Positions 25,685 through 36,576 are shown, numbered from the stretch's first letter. The stretch is DNA of 64,000 nt from an uncultured Candidatus Saccharibacteria bacterium (GCA_964474995.1 CAYYUY010000003.1:25347-89346), one strand, 5' to 3'. Numbers and translations: made by a program. Notes: generated from the sequence alone by a model not told the origin.

Positions 25685-26117
25685 GATGTTTGGTCCTTTT
25701 TATAGGGGTCTGACCCTTAAACACCCAGACCTTGTACCAGAAATAATTCCAAATCGTGAAGAACCCTGAGGCGATGAACTGTCCAATTGCCGGCTGAATG
25801 CCGTTATTACGAAGTACTAGTAGAATGAGGTAATTGAGTGCAAAAGCATTGAGCGCCGTATATATGATGTAGCGCCAGGTTGCCACACCAAGCTTGGTCG
25901 GCTTGTTAGTTTTGAACACCCAGTATCGCTCCACGACGAAATTCAGGGTGATCCCGACGAGATTGCCTGCAAAGTTTGCCCAAAATAACGGAATTTTGCC
26001 GTTCAAATAGACGATAATGACGTAGCCACTCCAGAACCATAGACCACCACCAATCATATACTCGGCGAACCGACGAAGTTCGATTCGATGTTTTTTGCGG
26101 ATTTTGATTTTAGACAT
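25677..26117 (-). CDS. GtrA-family membrane protein
   Basis: 146 aa with four TM helices, and the FVVERYWVF...FFWYKVWVF motif typical of GtrA-like proteins. Confidence 0.7.
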   Translation of the reverse strand: MSKIKIRKKHRIELRRFAEYMIGGGLWFWSGYVIIVYLNGKIPLFWANFAGNLVGITLNFVVERYWVFKTNKPTKLGVATWRYIIYTALNAFALNYLILLVLRNNGIQPAIGQFIASGFFTIWNYFWYKVWVFKGQTPIKRTKHHA

Positions 26118-26187
26118 GTTGTGTATCCTAATTTAATGAGAGTATATCATCTTCGTTTGGCGTCGGTGTACAATAAGAGACAACCCT

Positions 26188-27624
26188 ATGAGAAATAACG
26201 CTACACTCCTCTACTCGTTCTTCCTCGTTATCGGCGATTTCGTGGCTATTCTGCTGGCCTTCGCCGCAGCCTATATTGTCCGTTTCCACGTCTTTAGTAC
26301 GGCCAACATCGCCAGCGTATCTGGACGATCTTTCCTCTATGCCCTCTATGCAGTGTTACCACTGTGGATTTTAATCCACGCGCTGATCGGCCTCTACAGA
26401 CAAGAAATCTATGAAAAGCGCTTTACGGAGTTCGGCCGTCTGTTTAGTGGCGCATTTTTTGGCACACTCTTGATCATTGGTTACAACTTCATGGCCAACG
26501 AATCGTTCCTGCCTGGACGACTCGTGCCTCTCTATGGGTTTATTTTGGCATTTATATTCCTGGTTATTTTCCGTCAGTGCGGACGTATCGTACGCTCAAT
26601 GTTGTTCTCATATAACAAAGGCATCAATAACATCCTGATCGTCGGCGACACACCCGTATCACTCGAACTTGTCGAACAGCTTATTGATTGGCGCAAATCC
26701 GGCTACCGTGTACTTGGCGTCGTTAGCAAAAAGCGATCTGCTCATGAGGCGTATGCCGACCTCGCGGTGTTCGACACTTTTGCCGAAGCGGTCGCAAGTA
26801 TCGGTGTCGAAAACATCAATAGCATGATCCAGACAGAACTCTATTCTGCCTCCGAGCGTAACAGTGAGATCCTCACTACCGCCCAAGAAAACCACATTGC
26901 CTACCGCTTTGTCCCCGGTAACTCAGATCTGTTTGTCGGTAATATCCAGGTGGACCTATTCCATTCCGTGCCCGTCATCGCAGTACATCAGACGGCACTG
27001 CTTGGTTGGGGTCGTGTCGTTAAACGCTTCTTCGACATCATTGCCGGCAGCATCGCACTAGTCATCGCGTCACCATTCATGCTCATTATCGCCATCTTCG
27101 TCAAACTATCCGGTGGCAGCGTTTTCTTCCGCCAAACCCGCCTGACGCGGTTCAATCATGCCTTTCGTGTATACAAATTCCGCACGCAATACGCCAAGTA
27201 CGATGGGACCACGCCCGAACAAGCCTTCAAGCTCATGGGCAAGCCCGAACTGGCTATAGAATATCGCCAGAACGGTGACCAACTCGACAACGACCCGCGC
27301 ATTACAAAACTTGGCAAGTTCTTACGTGCCACCAGTCTCGACGAGCTGCCACAACTCATCAATGTCATTCGTGGTGATCTCAGCCTCGTAGGGCCACGCG
27401 CACTGATTCCACAAGAACTTGCCGCCTATCAGAAGCGTCACGCTATCCTGAGCGTCAAATCTGGACTGACTGGCCTCGCCCAAGTATCTGGCCGTCGCAA
27501 CATCAGCTTCGATGAGCGCCGCAAACTCGACCTCTACTATGTCCAAAACTGGAGCTTCTGGCTCGATCTGATTATTCTACTCAAGACTGTCCGCGCCGTG
27601 CTTGGTGGGAGGGGTGCCAAATAG
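26188..27624 (+). CDS. polyprenyl-phosphate sugar-phosphate transferase (WbaP/bacterial sugar transferase family)
   Basis: It has N-terminal TM helices. The C-terminal [21 protein letters not shown]...GLTGLAQV is the sugar-transferase signature. Confidence 0.85.
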   Translation: MRNNATLLYSFFLVIGDFVAILLAFAAAYIVRFHVFSTANIASVSGRSFLYALYAVLPLWILIHALIGLYRQEIYEKRFTEFGRLFSGAFFGTLLIIGYNFMANESFLPGRLVPLYGFILAFIFLVIFRQCGRIVRSMLFSYNKGINNILIVGDTPVSLELVEQLIDWRKSGYRVLGVVSKKRSAHEAYADLAVFDTFAEAVASIGVENINSMIQTELYSASERNSEILTTAQENHIAYRFVPGNSDLFVGNIQVDLFHSVPVIAVHQTALLGWGRVVKRFFDIIAGSIALVIASPFMLIIAIFVKLSGGSVFFRQTRLTRFNHAFRVYKFRTQYAKYDGTTPEQAFKLMGKPELAIEYRQNGDQLDNDPRITKLGKFLRATSLDELPQLINVIRGDLSLVGPRALIPQELAAYQKRHAILSVKSGLTGLAQVSGRRNISFDERRKLDLYYVQNWSFWLDLIILLKTVRAVLGGRGAK

Positions 27625-28805
27625 TGCTCTCAAAAGACCGTGAGGCGGTGGTGGCCATGCGTGACGAGCGATTGGCCAAAGTTCGCGCCGCTCGAGCCGA
27701 CAAAGAAGCGCATCCACTCAAAGTCGCCATTGTTCATGACTGGTTAGTTGGTGGTGGGGCTGAAAAGGTAGTCCTGGAACTCCACCATCTCTTTCCCGAA
27801 GCACCGATCTACACTTCCTACGCAACACCCGAATGGCGTGAAAAGCTTGATGGTATGGTCAAAACTGGCTGGTTACAATACTGGCCTTTCAGCAAAATCC
27901 GAAAGTTTATCCCGTTGCTACGCATCCTTTGGTTCACCAGCCTCGAACTTGGTGAGTACGACCTTGTGATTAGCAGCTCAGGTGCTGAGGCCAAAGGTAT
28001 CAATGTACCTGTTGAGACACTGCATATCAATTATTGTCATGCGCCGACGCATTACTACTGGAGTCGTTATGATGAGTATCTCAAGCATCCAGGATTTGGT
28101 AAATTTGATTGGCTAGCCCGTCTTGGTCTCAAGGTTTTGGTTGGGCCACTCCGTGATTGGGATTACCGCGCCGCTCAGAAACCTGATTTTATCTTTGCCA
28201 ATTCCAACCACACCCAGGCCAAGATTCACGAATATTATGACCGCGCCTCAACCGTTGTTCACCCGCCTATCGATACTGACTCTTTTGCCAAATCAAAGGC
28301 GCCAAAAAAACGTCACGGCTTCATTATCACCGGCCGGCAAACCCCTTATAAACGTGTCGACCTGGCTGTAGAAGCCTGCACCAAGCTCGGTTTGCCCCTT
28401 ACTGTCATTGGTACCGGCCCCGACCACGAAAAGCTAAAGGCCCTGGCTGGCAAAACCGTTACGTTCCTTGGGCACGTGCCAGACGAAGAGCTGCAGCGAG
28501 AAATTGCCAGCGCCAAAGCATTCATTTTTCCCGGTGTTGATGACTTTGGTATCGCCCCCGTAGAGGCCATGGCTGCTGGTACGCCAATCATTGCATATCG
28601 TGATGGTGGGGCACTAGATTACATTGTCGAAGGCAAAACCGGCGCGTTCTTCGACGAACAATCCCTCACCTCGCTCGCATTGACATTACATGACTTCAAA
28701 TCGTCAGATTATTCTGCTGATGATATAAAGAAAGCTGCTCAGAAGTTCTCAATCAAGAACTTCCACAAAAACTTTCTCATGGCACTCAATTCTGTATTAG
28801 AATAG
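27624..28805 (+). CDS. GT4-family glycosyltransferase
   Basis: It has the GT-B C-terminal motif (FIFPGVDDFGIAPVEAMAAGTPIIAY). The ATG at 27657 is the more likely start. Confidence 0.8.
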   Translation: MLSKDREAVVAMRDERLAKVRAARADKEAHPLKVAIVHDWLVGGGAEKVVLELHHLFPEAPIYTSYATPEWREKLDGMVKTGWLQYWPFSKIRKFIPLLRILWFTSLELGEYDLVISSSGAEAKGINVPVETLHINYCHAPTHYYWSRYDEYLKHPGFGKFDWLARLGLKVLVGPLRDWDYRAAQKPDFIFANSNHTQAKIHEYYDRASTVVHPPIDTDSFAKSKAPKKRHGFIITGRQTPYKRVDLAVEACTKLGLPLTVIGTGPDHEKLKALAGKTVTFLGHVPDEELQREIASAKAFIFPGVDDFGIAPVEAMAAGTPIIAYRDGGALDYIVEGKTGAFFDEQSLTSLALTLHDFKSSDYSADDIKKAAQKFSIKNFHKNFLMALNSVLE

Positions 28806-28857
28806 AGCTTGTCGTAAAAAATTAATCTAGTCACTTTAAACAAGGTATTTCATATAT

Positions 28858-30690
28858 ATGTGCGGAATCGTCGGTTATCTCGGAAAATCTAACGCAGTCC
28901 AGCCCGTTGTTGATGGCCTCAAGTCACTTGAATACAGAGGCTACGACTCGGCCGGAGTTGCCTACATCACAGACGGCAAACCCCTACTCATCAAGCAAGT
29001 CGGTCGTGTTGATGTACTCGAAGCTGCGCTCAAAGAAGAATCAAACACCGATGCCGCCACGGCAGCCATCGGCCACACTCGCTGGGCTACCCATGGTTCA
29101 CCAACCACTGCCAACGCACACCCACACAGCAATACAGATGGCACAATCTTTGCTGTTCACAACGGTATCATCGAGAATCACGCTGTCCTCCGTGCACAAT
29201 TGCAAGCAGATGGCTACGTCTTTAAGTCAGAAACCGATACCGAAGTTATTCCCCACCTGATTGATCACTACTACAAAAAAACCAAGGACCTCAGCAAAGC
29301 CTTTGAACAAACGATCAAAGAGCTCCGTGGCGCCTACGCAATTGCCGTTTGTAGCAGCCACGAACCCGGCAAACTGCTCGCGGCCAAGCTCAGCAGCCCA
29401 CTGATTGTTGGTGTCGGCAAAGGAGAACTATTCCTGGCATCAGACCCCACAGCTATCATGGACAAGACCAAAGATATTATCTTCATCGATGACCACGAGC
29501 TCGTAACCCTCGAGGCTGGCAAATACCACATCAAGAACATCAAAGACGCCACTACCGTCGACAAAAAAGCCCAGACACTCGACTTTGATATAGAACAAGC
29601 CCTGCTTGGCGACTACAAGCACTACATGCTCAAAGAAATCCACGAAGCCCCACAGACGGTCCAATCAGCCATCCGTGGACGCATTCGCCTCGACGAATCA
29701 ATCGTCAAGCTTGGTGGTCTCGAAGACGTGGTAAACCAACTGCAATACATCGACCGTATTGTTATTGTTGCCTGTGGTACCTCATATTACGCTGGCATGG
29801 TTGGTGAATATCTCATCGAAGAGCTCGCTGGCATCCCTGTCGAGGTTCAATTGGCATCAGAATTCAAATACCGCAAAGAGCCATTTTCTCGCAGTACGGC
29901 AATCATCGCCATCTCGCAGTCTGGCGAAACAGCCGACACCATCGCAGCACTCAAAAAAGTTGAAGATTACGGTATCTTGCGCCTCGGCGTGGTCAACGCA
30001 GTTGGCTCTACGATTGCACGTATGACCGACGCCGGCGTGTACTGTCACGCAGGTCCAGAGCAAGCAGTGGCGTCCACCAAGGCCTTCATCGCCCAGGTAA
30101 CGGTGCTCAGCTTAATTGCACTGCACCTCAGCAATGGCCGCACACCCCTCTATCGCCCAATGCTCGAAGAGTTAACTGCATTACCAGACAAGATCCAATC
30201 CATCCTCGAGCAAGCCCCAGCCATCCAAAAACTGGCTCAGAAATACGCGCACTACGACGATTTCCTGTTTATCGGTCGTAACTATGCTTACCCGTGTGCG
30301 CTTGAGGGTTCTCTCAAGCTCAAAGAAGTGAGCTACATTCATGCCGAAGGTTACGCCGCTGGTGAGATGAAGCATGGTCCGTTGGCCATGATCACCCCAG
30401 AGTTCCCAACCTTCGCGCTCATCAGCAACTCAGATCTTGCCGAAAAGACGTACTCAAATATCGAAGAAATCAAAGCCCGAAAAGGCCCTGTCGTAGCCAT
30501 CGCCCCAGAAGGCGACAAGCACGCCGCCAAGCTGGCAGACGATGTTATCTTCATCCCAAAGACACTCGAACAAACAGAACCACTGCTCATGGCAGTGGCT
30601 ATGCAACTATTCTCATATTACGCAGCCGTAGAACTTGGTCACGACGTCGATCGTCCACGCAACCTGGCAAAATCTGTCACTGTAGAATAA
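28858..30690 (+). CDS. glmS: glutamine--fructose-6-phosphate aminotransferase
   Basis: MCGIVGY at the N-terminus gives the Cys nucleophile. Two SIS domains follow, and the protein ends in the canonical SVTVE. Confidence 0.95.
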   Translation: MCGIVGYLGKSNAVQPVVDGLKSLEYRGYDSAGVAYITDGKPLLIKQVGRVDVLEAALKEESNTDAATAAIGHTRWATHGSPTTANAHPHSNTDGTIFAVHNGIIENHAVLRAQLQADGYVFKSETDTEVIPHLIDHYYKKTKDLSKAFEQTIKELRGAYAIAVCSSHEPGKLLAAKLSSPLIVGVGKGELFLASDPTAIMDKTKDIIFIDDHELVTLEAGKYHIKNIKDATTVDKKAQTLDFDIEQALLGDYKHYMLKEIHEAPQTVQSAIRGRIRLDESIVKLGGLEDVVNQLQYIDRIVIVACGTSYYAGMVGEYLIEELAGIPVEVQLASEFKYRKEPFSRSTAIIAISQSGETADTIAALKKVEDYGILRLGVVNAVGSTIARMTDAGVYCHAGPEQAVASTKAFIAQVTVLSLIALHLSNGRTPLYRPMLEELTALPDKIQSILEQAPAIQKLAQKYAHYDDFLFIGRNYAYPCALEGSLKLKEVSYIHAEGYAAGEMKHGPLAMITPEFPTFALISNSDLAEKTYSNIEEIKARKGPVVAIAPEGDKHAAKLADDVIFIPKTLEQTEPLLMAVAMQLFSYYAAVELGHDVDRPRNLAKSVTVE

Positions 30691-30694
30691 TTAT

Positions 30695-31468
30695 CTACAG
30701 TACGTGCAGAATACCGTTCAAGATCTGGACGGTATTCTTCCAGTCGGACACTTCCAGCGAATCAATACCAGCTTCATGTACCGGGTAATCGTTGCCACCC
30801 GGCTGTAATCTGTCACCAAAGAACAATATATCGTCCTTGCCTAGTTCTAGCGTCTCCATGAGGCGTTTCATGCCATAAGCCTTGTCAATCCCGGGCTTCG
30901 TGACATCAATTGACGTAATACCACCAACACGAACTTCAAACTCAGGAATAAGTGGCGCAATGTAATCACGCAGTGCGTTCTTTTTGCTGTTATCAGGATC
31001 CCATTCTTCTTTAATACGAACGCCTTCTTCACCGAGTACATCCACAATATCTTGGCCCAAAACCGAGTACGTCACTTGGCTTTCTCTGTCTTCAATCACT
31101 TCGCCGTAGACTTTTGTAGCTTCGTGGCCCAAGTCTACAAAACCTTTTTTAAGAGCTGCTGAGATCTGATCTTTCTCGCTCTTGTTGAGTAACTCAGCAT
31201 ACACACGCTTCCAGTCACGAGTGGCTAGATCATATACGTAGTACTGTGTCCCACACGTAGGCATCAAGTGGAGCCGCTGTAGCTGCGCAGGCTCAGCGCA
31301 TAGCCCATCTAATAACTGCTTTTGAAATTGCCCGAATTTTCCACCAGAGATTACACATACCTGAAATTCATCAAGCAGTTGTGGCAACACGGCAGCCATC
31401 TCATCAGGTAGCGGCGATTTACTCGGGGCCAAAGTGCCATCGAGGTCAAATGCGATAAGTTTTTTCAT
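30695..31468 (-). CDS. HAD-IIB hydrolase (sugar phosphatase/phosphomannomutase-like)
   Basis: FDLDGTLAPS (DxDxT), VISGG and FFGDRLQPGGNDYPV are HAD motifs. The ATG is at 31468. Confidence 0.7.
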   Translation of the reverse strand: MKKLIAFDLDGTLAPSKSPLPDEMAAVLPQLLDEFQVCVISGGKFGQFQKQLLDGLCAEPAQLQRLHLMPTCGTQYYVYDLATRDWKRVYAELLNKSEKDQISAALKKGFVDLGHEATKVYGEVIEDRESQVTYSVLGQDIVDVLGEEGVRIKEEWDPDNSKKNALRDYIAPLIPEFEVRVGGITSIDVTKPGIDKAYGMKRLMETLELGKDDILFFGDRLQPGGNDYPVHEAGIDSLEVSDWKNTVQILNGILHVL

Positions 31469-31469
31469 A

Positions 31470-31922
31470 CTACGCTTCCTGGCCAGTGGCCTGATTGATG
31501 CGTGACGATGAGTCACGCTTCTCTACAGCATGACTACCCACGCCAAACACCGTTTGGATGTCACAGTCAGTACATGCCTGAATTTCATTTTCTGGTAATG
31601 CATGTTTGTTAGGGTCTCGGTCACCACCATTAGCAAATATCAACGTATCACTTGTATACATTTCCCTGATCTTGCGCAGTGTCTTTGCCTGGCCCAAATC
31701 ATCATCAATAGACAGGAACGTTTCATCAACATCTCGGAGCGCATTCATGAGCCGCATACGGTTCTGCTCATCCAAGATTATCTTTCCCTTCTTTAGCAAT
31801 TGAGCCTTATCGTTATTGATCACAACAATGAGGTAATCACCCAGTGCTCGTGCCGCTTCAATCATATCCAAGTGACCACCATGCAAGGGATTAAAATACC
31901 CGCTGACTATTACTCGCTTCAT
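31470..31922 (-). CDS. cytidylyl/adenylyltransferase family protein (RfaE-II/TagD-like)
   Basis: VSGYFNPLHGGHLDMI is the nucleotidyltransferase HxGH motif in a 150-aa protein. Confidence 0.7.
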   Translation of the reverse strand: MKRVIVSGYFNPLHGGHLDMIEAARALGDYLIVVINNDKAQLLKKGKIILDEQNRMRLMNALRDVDETFLSIDDDLGQAKTLRKIREMYTSDTLIFANGGDRDPNKHALPENEIQACTDCDIQTVFGVGSHAVEKRDSSSRINQATGQEA

Positions 31923-32027
31923 GAGACTTTTACCGATTGCAGATAAAAATATAATTTATTCAACGTCATTCCTTATTCATCAGATTAGTGACCAATCCAC
32001 TACATAATATCAGACTCAGAGTGAGCA

Positions 32028-32996
32028 CTAGAACTGATTACCACCCTCAAAAAGTGCTGATACTGAACCACCCGAATAAATTGCTTTGATAGCATCTGCG
32101 AGGATTGGTGCGGTTGGTAGTACAACAAGCTTCTCAAAACTCTGGTCTTGAGGCAAGGTATCTGTTGTTATGATTTTTAGGAAGCTCGATTGGTTTATCC
32201 TATCTTTAGCTGGCCCGGAGAAGAGACCATGCGTCGCAAGACCATATACCTCTTTTGCTCCGTGCTGGGCAATGAGTTCAGCGGCAGCACACAATGTACC
32301 CGCAGTATCAATCATGTCATCAATTATGATGCACGTCTTACCAGTTACATCACCTATCAGGTGTCTTGCTTCAACTGATTTTTCAGCGGAAGCAGAACGA
32401 TGCTTATGAACAATCGCCAAGGCGCAATCAAGTGCACTGCTGAAACGCTCGGCACTTTTAACACGGCCAGCATCAGGTGAAACTATCACAAGTTCCTCTC
32501 TTTGGAAATTTTTGGCCAGATAATCGATGAATATTTGGCGTGCAACCAGGTGATCAAAGGGTCCATCCATAAAGCCTTGAATTTGGCCTGTATGTAAATC
32601 AATACTGACGATCCTATCAGCCCCAGCATTTGCAAGAATATCTATAACTAGACGTGCCGATATGGGCTCACGCCCACCCGACTTTCGGTCTTGTCGTGCG
32701 TATGACAAAAATGGACAGACTGCAGTAATTGATCCAGCCGATGCTCTCTTAGCACTATCGATAATAATCGCCTGTTCCATAATTGATTCATTCACATTGC
32801 CAAAGTGAGATTGAACAACAAAGACATCATCACCCCGAACAGACTCCAATATCTGAGCCCTAATTTCGCCATTTGCAAAGTTATCAAGCTCTATCTTGCA
32901 AAGATTTACGCCAAGATTACGAGCAATAGATTGGGCAATAGCAGGATGGGATCTACCGGACAGTATTTGTAGTTGACGGGGCGTAGTTTCACTCAT
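32028..32996 (-). CDS. prs: ribose-phosphate pyrophosphokinase (PRPP synthetase)
   Basis: RQDRK, DLHTGQIQGF and IIIDDMIDTAGT are Prs motifs. I use the ATG at 32996 (MSETTPRQLQIL...). The track N-terminal extension looks non-coding. Confidence 0.9.
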   Translation of the reverse strand: MSETTPRQLQILSGRSHPAIAQSIARNLGVNLCKIELDNFANGEIRAQILESVRGDDVFVVQSHFGNVNESIMEQAIIIDSAKRASAGSITAVCPFLSYARQDRKSGGREPISARLVIDILANAGADRIVSIDLHTGQIQGFMDGPFDHLVARQIFIDYLAKNFQREELVIVSPDAGRVKSAERFSSALDCALAIVHKHRSASAEKSVEARHLIGDVTGKTCIIIDDMIDTAGTLCAAAELIAQHGAKEVYGLATHGLFSGPAKDRINQSSFLKIITTDTLPQDQSFEKLVVLPTAPILADAIKAIYSGGSVSALFEGGNQF

Positions 32997-33131
32997 TTCG
33001 TTATGTAGTGTACCACGCAGAATGGTGATCAGTACGCAGCTACACCTAGGCCCACAACACTCTTGAAAATGGTAACGTTTTGTGGCACTATTGTAGTAGT
33101 TAGAATTAAAACTAAAACGTATTCGAACTAT

Positions 33132-33662
33132 ATGAAGCAAAAGAAGAAAAACATAAAAAAATTACCCCTTATTTTTGGAGGTATCCTGCTGGCTGTTGCT
33201 GTGCTATTTACCTTACTTGAACTGACTCATGTTATTGATTTTGTTCACCGGGCAAAAGCACCAATCACTGATCCTGCGGCAATAGAACAACAATCAGCCG
33301 CTAAAGTCGAATCTGACAAGAAAAAAGATTTGATTGAACACCCAACATCGACAAGTGGCTCACCAGGCCCTAGTCCTACTACAATGACTATCGACCTTAG
33401 TGCACGCTCAGAGTCAAACGGTACTATAACTGTATTAACAAAGCTTTTTGGTGTGAGCAACGGTTCCTGTAGTCTGGATATCAACAATAATGGTAAGCAC
33501 TCTAGGCAAACAGTAGATGTTATCTACCAGTCTGAATACTCCAGCTGTGCAGGCTTTAGCGTACCTGTCAGCGATATAGGTTCTGGCGACTGGACCATCA
33601 CTTTAACGGTAAATTCTAACGGACAAGTCTACAACAAGTCCATAAACTTCCAGGTACGATGA
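33132..33662 (+). CDS. hypothetical membrane-anchored protein
   Basis: MKQKKKNIKKLPLIFGGILLAVAVLFTLL is a signal anchor. The stop overlaps the next gene (ATGA). Confidence 0.5.
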   Translation: MKQKKKNIKKLPLIFGGILLAVAVLFTLLELTHVIDFVHRAKAPITDPAAIEQQSAAKVESDKKKDLIEHPTSTSGSPGPSPTTMTIDLSARSESNGTITVLTKLFGVSNGSCSLDINNNGKHSRQTVDVIYQSEYSSCAGFSVPVSDIGSGDWTITLTVNSNGQVYNKSINFQVR

Positions 33663-35929
33663 TAAAAAAAAGTTCATTCCTACTAATTCTAGTCGTCTTA
33701 ATCAGTGGATCCTTGCCACTTTTAGGTCATACACCGCGTGCTGAAGCCGCAAATGCTGCCAACTGGCAAGCTGGACGCATAATTGATGATGCCGTGTTCA
33801 CCGATGCTAACGCAATGTCCGTGGCTCAAATTCAGGACTTTCTTAACCAAAAAGTAGGTACTGGTGGCAATGGTAGAGTTGCTGGCCAGTGCGATACAAA
33901 CGGTATCGCCACATCAGAGCTTGGTGGTGGTACTCGGGCACAATATGGAGCTGCACATGGCAACCCCACCCCTTTTACTTGCCTCAAAGATTACTATGAG
34001 GTCCCTAAAACTAGCCCGGGGCCAGAAGTGCCTGCTAGCAACTACGGCGGGGTGGCAATACCATATGGTGCGAGAAGCGCTGCGCAACTTATCTGGGACG
34101 CTGCGCAACGATATGGCATCAGCCCAAAAGTACTCCTTGTCACCATACAAAAGGAGTCTGTTGGACCACTTACTACTGATGATTGGCCATTCAAGTCACA
34201 GTACACCTATGCTATGGGCGCGCACTGTCCTGATAGCGGGCCAAATCACAGTGCCAACTGTGATCCGAACTATTCGGGTTTCTCAATACAGATATCAGAG
34301 TCTGCTGCTCTATTTCGTTACTATCTTGATAACATGGGCCAGTCTTGGTGGACTTACAAAAAGCCAGGAAACAACGCTATTCTCTATAACCCAAGCCCTG
34401 ACTGTGGTAGCAGTAATGTCTACATACAGACCAAGGCCACGGCTGCACTATACACATACACTCCGTACCAACCGAACCAGGCTGCCCTGAATAACCTATA
34501 TGGGACTGGTGATTCATGTAGTGCATATGGTAACCGAAACTTCTGGCGTATCTTTACTGACTGGTTTGATTACGCATCAATCATCAGAGAGAGTGTCACG
34601 ATGAATAACATATCTCAGCCTGACACAACTCCAGCACGCGGGCAAACAGTCAGCTACACATACTCATATACGAATAACTTAAGCGCGCCTCTCACCCTTG
34701 ATGCTGTGGGGCTTGTAGGTAGGCTGGGAAGTGTGACAAACGGCTCCAACAGAGACTTTGGATGGACCGGCCCGGTCACAATCCAGCCGGGTGCAACACA
34801 GCAATTTACATTTACAAGTGTCATTCAAGACATGGGTACAATTTATGTATGGCCTGCAATAAATTACAGGGGCACCTATATCCAATACAACAATTGGGGT
34901 GCTGCACTCAATATACATAACCCAAATATCAGCCTGGCCAGCCCACTTACATCATCCGTACAAAGTCCTGTAGCTAGCCAAACGACGACATTATCTGCGA
35001 CCATTCGAAATAATGAAGATCAGCCCATTAATTTGAGTGCAATTGGAATCCCCGTACGATTCTATGACAGATACAGTTACGATACTGCCTGGACTATCCC
35101 CTCAGGAGGGGTAATACAACCAAACGCAACGCAAGTTCTATCTGGTAACGTAACTTTTGACAAACCGGGACCCTACACTGCTTGGGTTTCAGGGGTAATC
35201 GCAAATCAATACACCACGTTCTCCTCCAGCCTGAATTTCAACGTCGCAAAGGCAGCTCCAGACTTCAGCCTCAGCTATGACGAAACACCAAATGCAACAC
35301 CCGCCCTAGGTGAGGATGTCGTCGTCAAGTTTCGACTCAAGAACAACAGCCCAATACCTATGACATTAGGTGCCGTTGGCGTTGTCGGGAGGCCTGATAG
35401 CCCATCATCAGGCACCAACAGAGACTTTGGATGGACCGGCCCAGTTACCTTTGCAGTCGGCGAAGAAAAGAGCTTCACGACATTTTCAAGCAACATCTCT
35501 GACTTAAAGAATTTATATGCTTGGGTTGCCTTTGTCTACGAAGGTAGCTACACACAATATCAAAGCCAGCGTTTCATGATGGTACCTCACCTACCAAACC
35601 TCACAGCCACTGTCCCAGTAACTATCAATTCAGGAGCAGCCCCAATCCTAAACCAACCGATGAGTGTCACGACGACTATCAAAAATAACGAGCCTCGTGC
35701 CGTCCGATATAGCGCCCTAGGCATACCAGTTCGTTATTACGGGGTCTACAGCTATGACGTCATGTGGCAAGGACAAGGCACATTTGCGCCCTCAGGACAA
35801 AGCGGTGATAGCGTAACACTTAATGGAACAATCACTTTTGATAAACATGGCCCCTATACAATCTGGCCTTCAGTCTTTATTAATGGTAGATACATCACTA
35901 TTGGTAGTCAACGTACAATAAATCTTTAA
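33659..35929 (+). CDS. secreted protein: conserved N-terminal domain plus four Ig-like repeat domains (A-B-A-B)
   Basis: It has a signal peptide. The N-terminal region (NWQAGRIIDDAVFTD...ISPKVLLVTIQKESVG) resembles domains I associate with putative cell-wall hydrolases. Paired internal repeats follow (NRDFGWTGPVT twice; IPVRFYDRYSYD and IPVRYYGVYSYD). Confidence 0.6.
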   Translation: MIKKSSFLLILVVLISGSLPLLGHTPRAEAANAANWQAGRIIDDAVFTDANAMSVAQIQDFLNQKVGTGGNGRVAGQCDTNGIATSELGGGTRAQYGAAHGNPTPFTCLKDYYEVPKTSPGPEVPASNYGGVAIPYGARSAAQLIWDAAQRYGISPKVLLVTIQKESVGPLTTDDWPFKSQYTYAMGAHCPDSGPNHSANCDPNYSGFSIQISESAALFRYYLDNMGQSWWTYKKPGNNAILYNPSPDCGSSNVYIQTKATAALYTYTPYQPNQAALNNLYGTGDSCSAYGNRNFWRIFTDWFDYASIIRESVTMNNISQPDTTPARGQTVSYTYSYTNNLSAPLTLDAVGLVGRLGSVTNGSNRDFGWTGPVTIQPGATQQFTFTSVIQDMGTIYVWPAINYRGTYIQYNNWGAALNIHNPNISLASPLTSSVQSPVASQTTTLSATIRNNEDQPINLSAIGIPVRFYDRYSYDTAWTIPSGGVIQPNATQVLSGNVTFDKPGPYTAWVSGVIANQYTTFSSSLNFNVAKAAPDFSLSYDETPNATPALGEDVVVKFRLKNNSPIPMTLGAVGVVGRPDSPSSGTNRDFGWTGPVTFAVGEEKSFTTFSSNISDLKNLYAWVAFVYEGSYTQYQSQRFMMVPHLPNLTATVPVTINSGAAPILNQPMSVTTTIKNNEPRAVRYSALGIPVRYYGVYSYDVMWQGQGTFAPSGQSGDSVTLNGTITFDKHGPYTIWPSVFINGRYITIGSQRTINL
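34746..34773 (+). repeat. 28-nt exact intragenic repeat, copy 1
   Basis: CCAACAGAGACTTTGGATGGACCGGCCC is identical to 35415-35442, at a 669-nt (223-codon) period. Confidence 0.9.
35415..35442 (+). repeat. 28-nt exact intragenic repeat, copy 2
   Basis: Identical to 34746-34773. Confidence 0.9.
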
Positions 35930-35946
35930 GACCCGGGTGCGGCTGC

Positions 35947-36573
35947 CTACCTTCTGGCAAGAATCAACCTCTTTAATGCTGGCATAGCAGTGTAGTCAGC
36001 TAACGGCCATTGCTTGTTCTTCCTGACAATGTAGGGTTTTTGTGCAAGTCTTAAGATGGGCAAGTCAGATAGACTATCACTGTATGCGCTCTCAACAACG
36101 GGCTCCTCATATATCTTCTTCAGACGTGACACCTTCTCTTCCCCACGGCAGTTTTCACCAATAATTGATCCTGTGGTGGGATTTACTTCAGTAGCTATCA
36201 ACGCCAAGGCATGCAGCTGGTCAAAAGCTGGGGTCAACAGGAATAAAGGAGAAGCCGAAATAATTACGTCTCTTTTGTGATTTGTTTGAATGTACCAATC
36301 TTTTATATTTTGATAATGACTCTTCCAGAACGAACTAACTGATCTCTCTATATCATTAATACCACACAAATATACAAAGAAGTTGCTCTTGAAAGTCGCT
36401 CTCTCCTCTATACGCAATGCATAGAGCAAGAAATGAAAGAACTGATATGGTAAAAACTTTAATAATAGTGGGTTGTGACGTATGCAAAATAAATAATAAT
36501 CAACTGTGCAATCACCATCATAGATAGTATGGTCAAAATCGTAAATATTTATGGGTTGTGCTAGCTTGTGCAT
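35947..36573 (-). CDS. HAD-IB-like phosphatase
   Basis: YDFDHTIYDGDC carries the DxDxT nucleophile motif. It starts 3 nt after the stop of the UbiA-family gene. Confidence 0.6.
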   Translation of the reverse strand: MHKLAQPINIYDFDHTIYDGDCTVDYYLFCIRHNPLLLKFLPYQFFHFLLYALRIEERATFKSNFFVYLCGINDIERSVSSFWKSHYQNIKDWYIQTNHKRDVIISASPLFLLTPAFDQLHALALIATEVNPTTGSIIGENCRGEEKVSRLKKIYEEPVVESAYSDSLSDLPILRLAQKPYIVRKNKQWPLADYTAMPALKRLILARR

Positions 36574-36576
36574 AAG

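Noticed and set aside
28806-28857. glmS ribozyme upstream of glmS.
   Set aside because: The intergenic gap is only 52 nt, which is far too short for the roughly 170-nt ribozyme. No conserved core is visible.
32997-33140. N-terminal extensions from alternative starts in the ORF track. Examples are prs 32997-33140, the 434-aa gene 23368-23463, the methyltransferase 39925-40059, the UbiA gene 37435-37491 and the DsbA-like gene 16793-16852.
   Set aside because: The extensions have Cys/Arg/Phe-rich non-protein-like sequence and often begin with TTG or GTG. They run through promoter or hairpin sequence. Internal ATGs align with the expected family N-termini.
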